DNA of 63,905 nucleotides, the filler included, from Choristocarpus tenellus KU-1152 (taxonomy: Eukaryota; Protista; Phaeophyceae), in the NCBI GenBank assembly GCA_964200185.2. It is 12 parts of 12 records of this genome, joined end to end, with 100 filler letters (N's around TTAATTAATTAA, not from the genome) between each part and the next. Parts side by side here need not be neighbours in the genome. Positions count along the whole stretch, not along the records: positions 40,394 to 44,653 come from CAXNAD020015432.1; positions 44,754 to 53,359 come from CAXNAD020004537.1; 10 more parts are not named here. One strand, written 5' to 3'. The notes under the pieces were generated by a model that was given only the letters and a program-made list of their open reading frames with translations, searched no databases and was not told where the DNA came from. Positions 40,394-52,062 of this stretch are shown here, piece by piece. The position numbers were made by a program, and so were the translations under genes. Each line of letters begins with the position of its first letter. The stretch's first letter is position 1.

Positions 40394-40792
40394 TCCCCCC
40401 CCCAGATACTTTCAGTCAATAATCCCCTCATTGTTCTTTCTACAATGCGGAGAGGAAGCGACAACTGATAAGGTATATAAAACATATCGACAACACCAAG
40501 CAGACAATGAAGAGCACCTCAGTGGCATGAAACCACCAAACAATGATACGCTGTGGTGCAAACAAAACACATTTGAGTAATATCTCTGGTCATATAATTA
40601 ATGTACAATTATATATATATAATTAATGTATAATATCTCAGGTCAGGGTACAAGATTTGAATCTTCAACCTGAAAAAGTTTACCACTGTCAACAGATTTA
40701 CTCAAATTTACTTCCAATTACTCCTATGACAATGAAAGGTCACTGATCCTTGTGTACCCCCGTTTGCACTCAGTTGGAACTACTGTGCAACA

Positions 40793-40866
40793 AAATGCAC
40801 GTTTCCGGACTTTGGTCCATATGGACACCCTGGTGTAGACCCCCCTCCCCCCAGATACGTTAGGTC
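40793..40866. mobile_element. MITE family B, half copy
   Basis: tggacaccctggtgtagacc ... CCAGATACGTTAGGTC. Confidence 0.75.
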
Positions 40867-41125
40867 TCTAAATGCAGCAAATATATATTTTCAAGAGTAG
40901 TACTGTATTAATATTATTTCAATTCCTACTGGTGTCTGTTCTGTCGTGTAAGAGTCATTTTAGAGGGACAAGTACTGTCTACTATTTTATGTTTTATCGT
41001 GACTGTTTTGTTAATCATGTTTCTATATTCTGCTATTACCCTTAGTAAAAATATGACTTTTTACTTTCATTGTTATCTTGATTGCTGCTTATCGTTATTT
41101 GATAGTCTTAAGCAGGGACCTTTAC

Positions 41126-43632
41126 CTAAATTTGTAAGGAAAACAACCAGGACGGAGGTTCCAGCAGCAACAGGCAGAGGGACACTGTTCTTTTTGACGA
41201 GGTGTGGGATCACCACTTCGCCTATGCCCACACCAAGGATTCCCGTCAGGAACCCTCCAAACGCGATGAGGAGTCCTTCTCCCAGACCAAAACGGGGCTT
41301 CTGTGGCATGAAAAGAAGCAGCAAAGGGATGCAGATATATGCGCACACAATTTTGGACAGAGAGTTCCAGGTGAGTCGCACGCGGGGAAGCTGGTATCTT
41401 TACTTAGATACACCAGCACCGACTAGGTGTCCAACACTTTCACAAGGGGCGTTTGTGCCCAAGCAGACATGCCACCGACGAATGAGAAACATGTGATACA
41501 AAGCTAACCACTTGGTATTGGTGCGTCAACTAATGGACAGCAGGTATCATGTTTCCCAGTTCCTGGTGACTTCTTTCATACTGCATTGTTATTTATAGCC
41601 ACAGATGTGTCGAACCCAGCAAACCTGTTTGGGATACAAAGAGCCGGCATGTGAGTTAACCATTCCCAGAGTTCTTGAAAAGGATCACTTAACAATATTC
41701 TGCAAATCCTATGGTCCAATGTCGTGGAGGTTGTGCCAACAACAATACAAGGCCGTAGCATCCTAGAGGGGGAATCGATTTTTGAGTCTGTAAAAGAGGA
41801 CTCAAACTTTGTCCATGCAAGCGCGAAATCACTCTCCAGAGGGGCTATGAGCGTATGTACCAGGAGGCAGTCACAGAATTGCCTTATACTCAACATCACC
41901 CCCCTCTAGGATACCCTGACTTAATACACCCTGAAATGGACAACTTTTACCCCTACGGATTCGATCAGTTGGATGATCTATTGAGATATCCTCACTGGCA
42001 AAACGTTTGGTCATTATCCCTTTCACCTCCTTGTGAAAACACTTTGAAGAATGCTCACCACAAAAGTATACTCCTGCCCATCAGGTGTGTATACCACTCT
42101 TCTCTCGCCGAACTCATCTTCATGACTGATGCCTTCTTCAATTTCTTCGTCAGGGACTACCCTGTACAGTGGGCAACATATGGAAGCATTTGGCCTTAGG
42201 CGTTTGATTAGGACAGGTTCTCTACCCTTAGGTGAGGGCAAGGTAAAAAGTGGAAATAGAGTAGGTATATACTACAAATGTTCGTAAAAAGGGTCTACCT
42301 GAACATAAGATGCTACTGCTAAAATGATATAATTACTCTACACGGTAGTGCCAACATTACCACTTTGTTACTTTTCAATTCGAGGTACATTCCTTGAAAG
42401 ATCGGCAGAATGGGTAACTACATAACAAGCAATAAAGTTGACCTATGCACGAGTTACAATCCAACCATATCCAGCAGTGGTTACAACAACCAGAATCAAC
42501 ATCTAGACCTACTCCATCCAATCTCAGATAAGTAGAAAAATGCATTCGTTGGTCCAACCAACTGACCAACTAACAAAGACCTAGTAGCAGCAATCTAGAA
42601 CCATTAGGCTTTCAACAGTGAATTGCACATTTTGCTCGTGTAGCGTCTCAACTGTACTTCGACCTAATACATACAGAGCAATTGAGGTATTATTGAAGAA
42701 TAAGATCTCAATCGTGGAAGGATTTGACTATGGCACTTGATTCAACATACCTCAAGACAATGTACTATAATCAGAATTCGGAAATCCTTGAGTGTAGGCA
42801 AGACTCAGCAACACAAAACTACAGCGAAATCACACCCTTCACTTTAAGATACAAGTTCTATTCCGGAAGCATCCGGGTCTTGAGTTAAATTAAAGCGAAT
42901 CTGTGTCATTGGCCAAGCAAGAAACACTAAAACGCTAAGGACAGGTCCCCAAAATACTCACTCTTCATCCTCGAAGAAGAGGTAAGCACTAAGTCCCAAC
43001 ATAAACACGGCGTAAATGACCTTGATGGAATAGTCATCCGCGTAGGGAACGAGATTAGCACTAAGGTAGCATGCCGGAAGGGAGACTGCAATCAAGGGCA
43101 ATGCTAACTTGACATCGACCAGACCCCGTCGAAAGTACCCTGTCAAGCCTGCAAGCGGCAGCACAAGCAAAGTAGCAACGCAATTAGAGATATGATACCA
43201 AAGGGCGGGGAACATTGTTCACGTACCTCTGTGTCAGTGTTTCAACAAAACACAAGTCACAAGAGCAGACTGAACATGCAGCAGACTCGACCATGGAATA
43301 CTGCTTCACGTTTCTTGTCATATGTAACTAAACACCTACAACAATGCCAAGCAAATGGGGAAGAGGGGGGAATGCCCACCCGACAAGAAACCAAAGGTCT
43401 CGGAGAGAATTGCAGTCGCCACACTTGCTGCCAGGCTATGAAGGAGGTACTCTGGTCCGAGCAGAGGGAAGACAAGGAGGAAAAACGGCCCAAAAATTGC
43501 GGCTCCACCAATGCCTGCCGTTTGTACACAGGCGGCTATGACCACGCCAACAGGGAACATGAAAGCATACCTGTTCCATGAGGGATCAGCAAGAAATCCT
43601 GCGATGGCGTTCACCAGCAGCACCAAAGACAT
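41126..43632 (-). CDS. TauE/SafE (TSUP) family membrane transporter (3' incomplete). Exons 43632-43380, 43148-42962, 42194-42059, 41300-41126
   Basis: Twice-repeated family signature AGIGGAAIFGP and GFLTGILGVGIGEVVIP, plus Y.RRGLVD and VAAGTS; multiple TM helices; phases match. Confidence 0.85.
41750..41922. mobile_element. Short MITE with family C-like termini (intronic)
   Basis: AGCATCCTAGAGGGGG ... CCCCCTCTAGGATAC inverted pair. Confidence 0.65.
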
Positions 43633-43647
43633 CCGCGCATGGGATCC

Positions 43648-43891
43648 TGTTAAAGTATCCCCAAAATCATCAAAGAGGATAAAGGTGATAAATCGGCGAG
43701 ATTGCTTGTTCTCTGTAGAGTGATTGATTATATTTAGGACTCCATAACAACCGAAATACTTCTTTTTTATGTCAGAACTCTAATCACTAGTAAAAGGTTT
43801 TTTTGATAACTCAACCACTAATTTATTGTTCCATTACTCCATACATATTTTACCGTAACTGTTCGATAGAGTTGGAAGAGTCTAATCGAAC
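43648..43891. repeat. Dispersed ~250-bp repeat, copy 2
   Basis: High identity to 37212-37477. Confidence 0.9.
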
Positions 43892-44551
43892 AGATCCCTC
43901 TCAGGATGGAATGTGGATGTGAGAGGATTGATTCAATCTCTATCACGTTTAGTGTGCTTTTGTCATTCTAGTATACTTACTGTCTCTATAATATGTATTT
44001 TACAGCTGTGTCAGCGAAAATCAATGAAAACTATTTGTATGTCAGTATCGTATCATGTCTGTTTCGGAGTAACAATATATTTTTCGATGAGGCAATAGGG
44101 GAAGAGATATTAGAAGGTTTTGGTTGTTACTGATGATGGGATGAGAGGTCATAATTATATATTCTTATGCCCTCTGTCAGGGACAGGTTTCTTTCTGGAA
44201 TCTCCGACACACACCTTATGTAAAAGACGCGCGGTCAGATACAATTGCGAGCGCCAAACACGTCATTTGAGCTCATCCATACCGACCAGTCCAAAGAAAC
44301 AGTCATTCTCATGAGATCCAGATTTGACCAAAAAAGCCAAAATGGATCCTCAGAACGAAGAACCATTCCGATTCTGACAAATCCATTTCTTTGCTGTGAC
44401 ATAGCTCAGTCATTCTGGAAATATCCGTCATGTTCTGAAAAAGGTGTTCTGTACTGGATTTACTGATCTGTTATGAGATTAGAGACAAGACCTTGAAACT
44501 CGGTCTCACCCTCAGAGGGTCGATTTCAAAAATTGAGGATGGAGCTTTTCA

Positions 44552-44649
44552 TTGACCCGAAATTGACTGGGATAAAGTGTCGATATGTTTTTTTTTGCAT
44601 TTAAAACAAAAAACATATCTACACTTTATCCCAGTCAATTTCGGGTCAA
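44552..44649. repeat. Near-perfect 98-bp foldback
   Basis: ~42-bp arms TTGACCCGAAATTGACTGGGATAAAGTGT(C)GATATGTTTTTT with one mismatch. Confidence 0.93.
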
Positions 44650-44653
44650 GCCC

Positions 44654-44753
44654 NNNNNNNNNNNNNNNNNNNNNNNNNNNNNNNNNNNNNNNNNNNNTTA
44701 ATTAATTAANNNNNNNNNNNNNNNNNNNNNNNNNNNNNNNNNNNNNNNNNNNN
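44654..44753. other. Artificial contig linker
   Basis: N44-TTAATTAATTAA-N44. Confidence 0.97.
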
Positions 44754-45499
44754 ATCCCTATCCCTTTCCCCATCCATATCTCGCTCTTGGCGCCTCCCTC
44801 TTTCCCTCTCCATGTCCTCTTGATCCTGCAACACCACACTCCTACTTGAGCTGCCACTTTTGCTTTGACTCTTGCTTTCAATGCAGCTTCTGCTGTTGCT
44901 CTTACTTCGACTTCGCACCACAACATGCACATCTGGGTTTGTTTTGTCACTTCTCCTAACCCCTTCAGTGGCGATCACACTTGCATCACCAGCCGATTGC
45001 AAATCCGCTGAATGCACCACATGATCCTCTCGACCTGCAACACCCAAGATGGCACTGGCTGACTCCTCTCCTATATACTTGTCTTCTTTCTCTTCTTTCT
45101 CCTCTACCCTGTCCTCCACAGTTGATAGATCCACATCTTGCTTGGATTCACATTCACTGGACACCTTCAAAATCTCTGGTGGTGAAATCTCCTTAGCAAC
45201 CTGCACTTCGACCTCATTCCTCAGGGGCCCACTAATCTTGAAAATGCTCTTTTCACAGAAGGCTCCAAAAAGGTGAGACGTGGTCGATGAGAAAGTGCCA
45301 AGATAGTGTTACAGATCTCGCCCATTTCTTTCATGTCTGTATTAAAGAGGACCCACCACTGAGGGTCATCCGGAAGCTTTTTCTCCAGAGAACGTGTTGC
45401 CATGTATAGAGCTGCACATGCAATCACCTCTGACCAATACCGTAAGGATAGATTGGCTCGGAGTGAGTCATTCAGATAGTTCCAGGCACATTGGGCGGT
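44754..45499 (-). pseudogene. CCNL: Cyclin L C-terminal half with RS-rich tail; 5'-truncated and frameshifted
   Basis: AQCAWNYLNDSLR...EVIACAALYMATR...LP..PQWWVLF is the second cyclin box of cyclin L; RS/RD tail is in another frame (shift within 45221-45308). Confidence 0.75.
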
Positions 45500-47799
45500 A
45501 GGGTTTTGGGTTTTGATCTTGGAGGGTGTTTAGGTAAGAGTAGGAGGGCTATTTCCTACTTGAACAATCTTGTTCAAGAAAACATCACGATCTTAGAATA
45601 AGAATATGGAGGAGAAGAATATATTGGAGACAACTCAATGTTGTTCTTGTGGTTAGGACCAATTTTGAACAGCATGTCTTTTTATCCGTCTGATGACATG
45701 CCAAATTCTGGTAGAAAACCAACTTTTTCTATTGACAAACCAACTTTCCAACTTCTGGTCACAGAGACTCTCCTAGCATGCTCTTTGAACCTATAAGACT
45801 ACCACTTATGAACATGGCAATTGAATGGGCCTTCAAGAGGGTCTTCATAGATTCTCCACATGAACTTGGGTCATTTGTGTAGAAGGCCTAATAGACAGTT
45901 GAAAGTATTCATGTTGTGAGGTCACAGGCCAAGTCTGGAAAGACCGTCAGTCATAAGGTACGGGACATGTCGGCGACAGAGGCCTGTAACAACTGAGGAG
46001 CTCCTGGGTTCCTTGCCTGGGTCGCCAATGAACTTTAGCCATTGTGGTTTGGGAGAACCTCACTCTCTCAAAGCTATTCTACACGATGAAGGGCACTGGG
46101 AAGAGTTTGAAGATGTTTGTTGACACCCCATCTGCTGCATGGATCAAACAGGACAGGATCCAGAAGGAGATGATAAAAGCTGTGATGCCCTTTCCTGCTA
46201 GGTGAGACACAGTTCCTCATTGCGGCATGTGGAGTAATTCACGCATACATTGGCATCAAGCAGGGAGTCTGGCGCAAGGTTTCATATTTAGAAATACCGA
46301 CTTCCTCTACCGTTATCAAGCTTGCATAGTCGGCGTTGGGTAGGGGGCAGGTTACTACTAGTGTTTGGGAAACAGAATCTTAGGAGGTTGAGGAACCTTG
46401 GGGACCACTATGGTAGAGCATGATGTGTCCATTTTCTTAGACCAACCCAAGTGGGATAGTCTCTGACCTCCTCCACCACCTGTTCTCGTGGACAAGTATT
46501 TCAATACAATACACTTGGAAAAAAAAATCAAAACACAAGGAAGTTAATGACATCTTACCCGCGTACCCCTGAATATTTCCACCTTTTCACCAAGAATTGC
46601 CTTCTGGGTCGCTAGCATTGGGGCATCCGGCAAAAGACTTCTTGCAGTCCCTCTATGATTTCATGTGGCAGACCAAGGTAAAAGGGAAGGTGCCATTGAC
46701 GTCTCTGGCACTGACACTGGCACATCAGGCGTGGAAGGACAGGGTGTGGTAGAGCAGAATATCCCTCCACCTGGAGAGGAAGGGGCAGCAGAGCAGACCA
46801 CATCTCCAGGTGAAGGGGCAGGTGCTACACTACCCATTCCATGTTCTGGAAGGGATAACAGAGCATTACCCATAGGCAACTGAGAACGTATGGGGGACAA
46901 GCTGCACCTGACGATTGGTTTCCAGTCAGCCTGCTATGGAACGTTTGGCCTGGATGACATGGAACCTTTCTCAGACAGGATGTCTGAGGGACCAAGAGCG
47001 AGACTTTATTCCACTGAGGGACATCACAAACACAGATTGTGATACAATCTGAAGTCTCTAAGTCGTGGGGAGATTGCAGGCGAAAAGGAAGAGGCCCATT
47101 GGTAGGGCAAAGTTGATGGAAATGACTAAGAGACCCTCCACAAGGGATGGTGAGAATTCTCACAGAAACAGAAAATCTTGTCATTTTTCAATAGGGAGAA
47201 GGCTAAGTAGAATAAGGGCATGAGTCTAGAACAACTGGAAAAGGCAAAGGCATTCATGTCACATTGAGCACCTCAATTTGTGCCTGAAATTAATTAGAAA
47301 TTCTGGAACTACATTGCAGATATCAGGAATAGATTTGTGTGGGGAGTAAGCACCCCTCTTGGCGCTGGGGTGGTAGTGACCCCACGTGGTGAGGGTCCAG
47401 GGCAGCATAAGCCCTAGATGCACAGCTGGGGTTGCCATGGAGCATCACTGTGATTGTAAAATTAATTAATCTGAGGGATACACAACAAACCAGTAGCAAA
47501 ACTCGATGGGTTGATTGCTTGGGAGATTTCCCCATGAGATTAAATGGAAGATTACTAAGCCGTTGATAGTCTAAAGGATGACACCACCTTAAAGTATATA
47601 AATGATCTTCCATTTTCATGATCACAGAGACGGCACCCCTTCCAGTAAAAATGTAATTGAAGCACGCAAGTAGCTTATTCCTCAAATCCACGCTCCACCT
47701 CCAGCACTTGCTCAGGCCCTGAGTCAACCAGCCTCCTTCCTGATCTGCCCACACTACCTACAGTTGGGGCAGAGTAGTAGGCATTGTGCATACTATCAC

Positions 47800-48600
47800 A
47801 ACTCATCCAGTCCACACCATACTCCTATGTAGCCAAGACCATCATAGGCATGAAGCATATTCTAACGTATATAGTATGTGAAGAAGATATGGTAGGTCTT
47901 TTCCCTCGGTATATCAGTGCCTGCCCCTTTTAGTATTGGTAGCTTCAGGATCCTGAATCGACCCTTAAGTACCACTCTACATCCTTGCACATACTTTCTC
48001 ATCATTTGCTCAACTTCAGTGGGGTTAAGCTTGCCTTGAAGGGGCACATCAGTCTTCTCCACTGCACACAGGATAGCAAACGAGGCCTTATTTAGCGATT
48101 TCAATACTGTGCAGTACCACCTAAGCAACATCGATGCAGCACATGTGCTGGGTTTAGTTGGAATGAGGGTGGATAGATGTAATTGGCAAAATACAAAGGA
48201 TCCATTATTGGTGAGAAGGAGAGGCGTCTTAGCTGTAAATCAATATATCACAAAGTTCGTAAGTAGATCGATCACTGTGACCTACTCCGATAAAGACCTG
48301 GGACAATCACTCACCGTTAGCTCCACAGCCTGGCGTCCCACTGCATCTCTGCAACCTCCCCGTCCAAACCAATGTTTCTGCTTGCATCCTCCAACCAGCT
48401 TCATGTACAATGTGAACGGTACTCGAAATATCCTCCAGAACTTCTTGGCCTCCTGTGTACTCAGGTCCATCAAATGGACCTCCCATTCCAGTATCTTTAT
48501 CCAGGCACTCACCCAGTAATCGGGCTACGGGTAGGATCTAAACGCTTTGGGTCACGTTTTTTGTCCTGTCCCTCCTCATTGGAAGTCACCATGGTCGCAA
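47800..48600 (-). mobile_element. PIF/Harbinger transposase remnant with internal deletion
   Basis: N-terminal AKKFWRIFRVPF..LV...WF...DAVGR and C-terminal VLKGRFRILKLPI; central catalytic core not visible. Confidence 0.75.
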
Positions 48601-48926
48601 TGACTCCAATCGCTTGAAACATCAAGTCCTCAAATTATTTTTCACAATGACGGATTGTGTTTTCCATCACCTCCCCCAATGTCCCAATGTCCCAATGTCC
48701 TAATGTCCCCAAATGGTTGTGTGACAAGATCTGTATTGGGAATGTTATATAATGTATGGGGGAAGATTAGTCCCAACATTGTAATAATCTTCAAAATATA
48801 GGTATAAATCTCTACATTACAAAAAACAAAAAGCAAATAGTGTTGTATGCACCAAATATAACGACACTATTTTATTTCATTATTTTGATTGATACCATTA
48901 TTTTATTAGAAAATACTATCACCAAT

Positions 48927-49019
48927 ATATTTTATTATTATGCCCTCTGACATTTTGCAGATGTCATCAACAGGGGTAGGTAGGTGTGGTCGGCGGGAAT
49001 AAGGCACGGTTGGATAATA
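48927..49019 (-). mobile_element. 93-bp 5'-truncated retroposon with 17-bp TSD
   Basis: AAAATACTATCACCAAT at 48910-48926 and 49020-49036; minus-strand 3' end TGTCAGAGGGCATAATAATAAAAA; same end near 13700-13740 and 15461-15500. Confidence 0.8.
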
Positions 49020-49312
49020 AAAATACTATCACCAATCAACAATTTATTTTAATCTCGGTATAATGAAATTATAGCTTAGTGAATTAATATAGGTATGTAT
49101 TTAGGGTTAGACACACAATTAATTGATATCTCAAAGATAGGTGAAGACCTCAACATGAACAAAGCAATTTTGTGTGGAGGAGTGGTTCTTTCCTATTTAG
49201 CTCTGAGTGTGGATGAAGATTGGAGTCGAGGTTTGTGCTGGTTTTTTGCTCTTTTTTTCCTTCTGTGGAGTATCACCAATCAGCTCTGACAATTTGCCTA
49301 ATCCATCTCTGA

Positions 49313-52062
49313 ATGAGGAAGGTGATGACGTCTCTCAAACCTCAACCTCGGACCATTGAAGCATCTAATGCCAACCGCACCTCGTTGGCATGGGAAAAAA
49401 AGGGTAGTGGTAACTCCTCTCCGCAAATTGCACTGGAAGCCTTAAAAGCATTGGATTGGGGATGGCACCGGGTAGAAGTCCTTGACAAGGTTGCTGAGTC
49501 TATGTTGGTTTTGGCCAATCGTGACATCTGCGCATCCCTCACAGCAGCTCAGGTGCGTATGATTTTCCCTTCCTTCTCTCGATGGAAGTATCTTAATTTT
49601 TATTGTAGTCATTGCTGAAGTGAGCAACCCTCCCACCCCAGATTCAGGTGGTGTCCGCCATTGCCCGTCATTGGACGGAATTTCTGGTGAAGACTCAACC
49701 ATGGTCTGGAACTTTGGTCGATACAGACAATGTTGCCATCGGTCTCGAGGAGCAACCACTTATTGTGTCACAGGTGCTTGCATCGTGTCTTCTGGTCATT
49801 GCCAGATGGTTGCAAGAAAAACGACTCAGTCCATGGAGAGAGACTGTTCTTGAGACCTGCGAAGAGTGCGCCCAGGTAGCATCCACTCTCATTAGTTTCA
49901 GCAAGTACAATATACCTGTAGGGTCTATTGTGGCTCCAGGATGCGTCCTAGCTCTGGCTTCTGCCGCTGGTGTATCTGGAAAGGCATGTCTTCTGGAGAC
50001 CATGTTGCTCTTGGTTGCCCACCCGTCTGCCTTTGTGCGTCAGCCTATAATTCTGGACAAAATCGTGCTACAACCGGAGATCGTCCACACTCTGCTGACG
50101 GCGGTTACTTGGAGTCGATTCCCGATCACAGCCACATTTTTAGAGGCACAAGCTCATACCCAGGCTTTACTGTGCAGGAGTATTCTAGAGATGTGGAGTG
50201 TTCACAACGAGGAAGCAAGTTTCACTTACGATCGGTACATGGCCCTGGCGTCTGGGATGTCATCATTTGCAATGCAGCCACGCCCACCAAAGCAGGTGCT
50301 CTGTGTAGCTAGGGCAGTTCAAACAACATTTATGGGTGTGTTCAGCGGCTCCAGCAATGCAAAGGCAGCTGCAGTAGTATCGGCTGCAGGAATCCTGGAG
50401 GGGATGGTTAAGAGACCCTTGTGGACATCAGGGGATATTGGAGCTGCTGTCAACGCCATAGTGAAAATTCTGGAAGCTGCTGCGAGAGAAGTACACATCA
50501 AGGTAGAATTGGATCCAGGAAGATGCAGTGTATGCAAAGACCAAGTCCCCACAAACATGCGCATGAAATATACTGCGTTAGCGCTGGCTGTTTCTTCTCC
50601 CGCAATATGTACAATATCAAGAGAGAAAAATCTTCCTGCATGCTTCCAGAATGCAGTGGTCAAAATTATCATGAAGACTTCTTTCTCAGAGGCAATGTCT
50701 AGGATAAGCCCTGATACTTCTGTGAATGAACACAAAGATATGCCTGAATCTGATCACCATGGAGTTCTGCTTCATCCATTTGCACATGTCCTTTGTCATG
50801 CTCTTGGTCTCCTGCTGTCTATGCACATTGGTGATAAAGACGGTGCTAGTTTTGACAGTATCCGTACTATTGCTAGAGGTGCACATGCTGTTGCCCGCAT
50901 GTGTAGAACATGGGAGGTACATGACATCAGTGATTCCCGTATGTGTTTGACAACTGTGATATCTTCAGCTATAGTGTCAATTCTCAATGCAGCAACATTG
51001 ACTCCATGGCAGTTACCTGTGGGGGACTTGGCCATAGCTATGGACACACTATCTTTTTGTGCCATGTCTTCCTTGAGTGCAGCCAGGAAGGTTGTATTCT
51101 GGCGAATCGTGGGTGAGGTTGAGAAGCGAGGAGGTGCAGCAGGGGAGGTAATCCTGTCCATGGTGCCTTCGACAGCAGAGCTTGCCGATGGTAAGCATTG
51201 GTCAAGTGATGCATTGCACTGGTTTCCTGAGGAGGTAAAGTTTTGTTCAATCTGTAGGCCTGAGGGTGAAGAGAGAACCTCTGTAATATCTGTCAACCAG
51301 ATACTTGGAGAACGATGGGATGAAGTTGCCGTATACAGAGCCCAAATTTATATCCAGTGTGCGCAACGCTGGGTCTTGGCGATTGGGCATCATATGTCCC
51401 CTGCAATATGCCAATGCTTGGTGCCACTCCTACTGGGCAGTTGCATTTATGGAGGTTGGCTCCTGAGTAGAGAGGCGCACCCTGTACTTTGGCAGCTGAT
51501 CACACATCCCCAAGTTTTGCTTGGAACCTCAAGTCCAATAAATGTAAGTAGTATGAGTGGGGCAGTTGTTGGACGTGGTGAATTATGCAGGCAGCTGGCA
51601 TACTCGTACATGAAGGTGGCAGTGAAAGCATTCCCTGAAACCACAAGTGGCAGCTCCCTGGCCACTGCTGTGGGAATGATTGTGGGTTTACTTCCTCAGA
51701 CCCCCCAATACCAAGGTTTGGCTTTGAAATGTTCTCAGCTGCTTGAAGACCGAGTTGTGACTCTTTGTGGTGTGGATCCGCTTCTGACAACTGAAGCAGT
51801 GCGAACTGCTCTTTTTCTGTTGTTTGAGACTCTGAAGATTGCACCATCTAAACTTGTCTCTCATTTGATGCTCATGGTGAAGAATTGCATTGCCAGACTG
51901 GAGTGGTCAAAGAAAGATGCAATGGAGATGCTTTATTCAAGTATTTCTCAAGGGTGTGAACCAACAAGACGAAACATCTTGGCCTTGTGGTTTGTTGAAC
52001 TTACCCAAGAGCAGCAAGCACCATGTAAGCAAGGACTTGTTGCCATTCAAAACAAATTATAA
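49313..52062 (+). CDS. Uncharacterised alpha-helical (ARM/HEAT-like) protein, ~884 aa. Exons 49313-49552 and 49648-52062
   Basis: 804-codon open frame; upstream ATG exon ends CAG|gtgcgt and joins in phase 0 at cag|GTG. Confidence 0.85.

Noticed and set aside
45500-47760. Upstream cyclin L exons or an intact gene
   Set aside because: No cyclin-box motif and many stops in all frames; probably decayed retroelement sequence that I cannot assign
49695-51847. Several antisense and alternate-frame ORFs
   Set aside because: Shadows of the 804-codon exon
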